Positions 62,983 to 64,000 of a stretch of DNA of 64,000 bases are shown here, piece by piece. Below the pieces are notes generated by a model, which was not told the origin of the DNA, ran no database searches, and was given only the letters and a program-made list of their open reading frames with translations. Each line of letters opens with the position of its first letter. Within the stretch, counting starts at the first letter, position 1. The stretch comes from Haliotis rufescens (lineage: Eukaryota): NCBI RefSeq assembly GCF_023055435.1, contig NW_025964383.1, forward strand, positions 10,168,001-10,232,000. Direction: 5' to 3'. The position numbers and the translations under genes were made by a program.

Positions 62983-64000
62983 TCCCTGGGGTCCAGTTGG
63001 GTGGTAGTGGGGAGAGGGACTCCCTGGGGTCCAGTTGGGTGGTAGTGGGGGGAGGGGGTCCCTGGGGTCCAGTTGGATAGTAGGGGAGAGAGGGAGTCCC
63101 TGAGGTCCAGTAGGATGGTAGTGGGGAGAGGGGGTCCCTGGGGTCCAGTTGGATGGTAGTGGTGGGAAGGGAGTCCCTGGGGTCCAGTACGAAGGTAGTG
63201 GGGAGAGGGGGTCCCTGGGGTCCAGTTGGATGGTAGTGGAGAGAGGGAGTCCCTGGGGTACAGTAGGATGTTAGTGGGGAGAGGGGGTCCCTGGGGTCCA
63301 GTTGGATGGTAGTGGTGGGAAGGGAGTCCCTGGGGTCCAGTACGAAGGTAGTGGGGAGAGGGGGTCCCTGGGGTCCAGTACGGTGGTAATGGGGAGAGGG
63401 GGTCCCTGGGGTCCAGTCGGATGGTAGTGGAGAGAGGGAGTCCCTGGGATCCAGTAGGAAGGTAGTGGGGAGAGGGGGTCCCTGGGGTCCAGTTGGATGG
63501 TAGTGGAGAGAGGGAGTCCCTGGGGTCCAGTAGGATGGTAGTGGGGAGAGGGGGTCCCTGGGGTCCAGTAGGGTGGTAGTGGGGAGAGGGGGTCCCTGGG
63601 GTCCAGTAGAGTGATAGTGGGGAGAGGGGGTCCTAAGGGTCCAGTAGGATGGTAGTGGGGAGAGGGGGTCCCTGGGGTCCAGTAGGATGGTAGTTGGGAG
63701 AGGGGGTCCCTGGGGTCCAGTAGGATGGTAGTGGGGAAAGGGAGTCCCTGGGGTCCAGTAGGATGGTAGTGGGGAGAGGGGGTCCCTGGGGTCCAGTTGG
63801 ATGGTAGTGGAGAGAGGGAGTCCCTGGGGTCCACTTGGATGGTAGTGGTGGGAAGGGAGTCCCTGGGGTCCAGTACGAAGGTATTAGGGAGAGGGGGTCC
63901 CTGGGGTCCAGTACGGTGGTAATGGGGAGAGGGGGTCCCTGGGGTCCAGTTGGATGGTAGTGGGGAGAGGGGGTCACTGGGGTCCAGTACGGTGGTAATG
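62983..64000. repeat. 38-bp G-rich minisatellite (~27 units, runs off the window end)
   Basis: CCCTGGGGTCCAGT[AT]GGATGGTAGTGGGGAGAGGG[GA]GT; units start at 62984, 63022, 63060. Confidence 0.95.

Noticed and set aside
63271-63977. Pro-rich minus-strand ORFs
   Set aside because: Products of the 38-bp repeat, which is not a multiple of 3, so the same peptide cycles through frames.

Overview
AT-rich, intron-containing animal genomic DNA. The SINE families with (ACTC)n tails suggest a mollusc such as abalone, but that is inference. The window holds a tandem cluster of seven apparently intact TNF-superfamily ligand genes (six on +, one inverted on -) and two gene relics. Each gene assembles by hand from four coding exons with GT..AG introns (phases 0,1,1; exon 3 is 90-93 nt; exon 4 is 419-434 nt). 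The products are 227-246 aa proteins with a very short N-tail, a near-invariant LNIAVGI[AT]V[IV]C hydrophobic anchor, a short stalk and a TNF homology domain (KPxA[YFH] ... G[V]Y.VYSH[IV].F ... L.AGD.L.V ... [HF]YFG.Y.[IT]). All seven carry a covarying stem-loop 10-13 nt after the stop codon. Three carry an overlapping furin-type RNRR and RGD motif in a THD loop. Several have NF-kB/CRE-like upstream motifs. The intergenic DNA contains paralogous upstream modules, three arrays of a 33-bp CpG-rich repeat, 99-bp and 38-bp minisatellites, tRNA-derived SINEs, MITEs, Tc1 and RNase H-bearing LINE relics, and Penelope-type hammerhead-like remnants. Exon structures are predicted from sequence only, with no transcript evidence.
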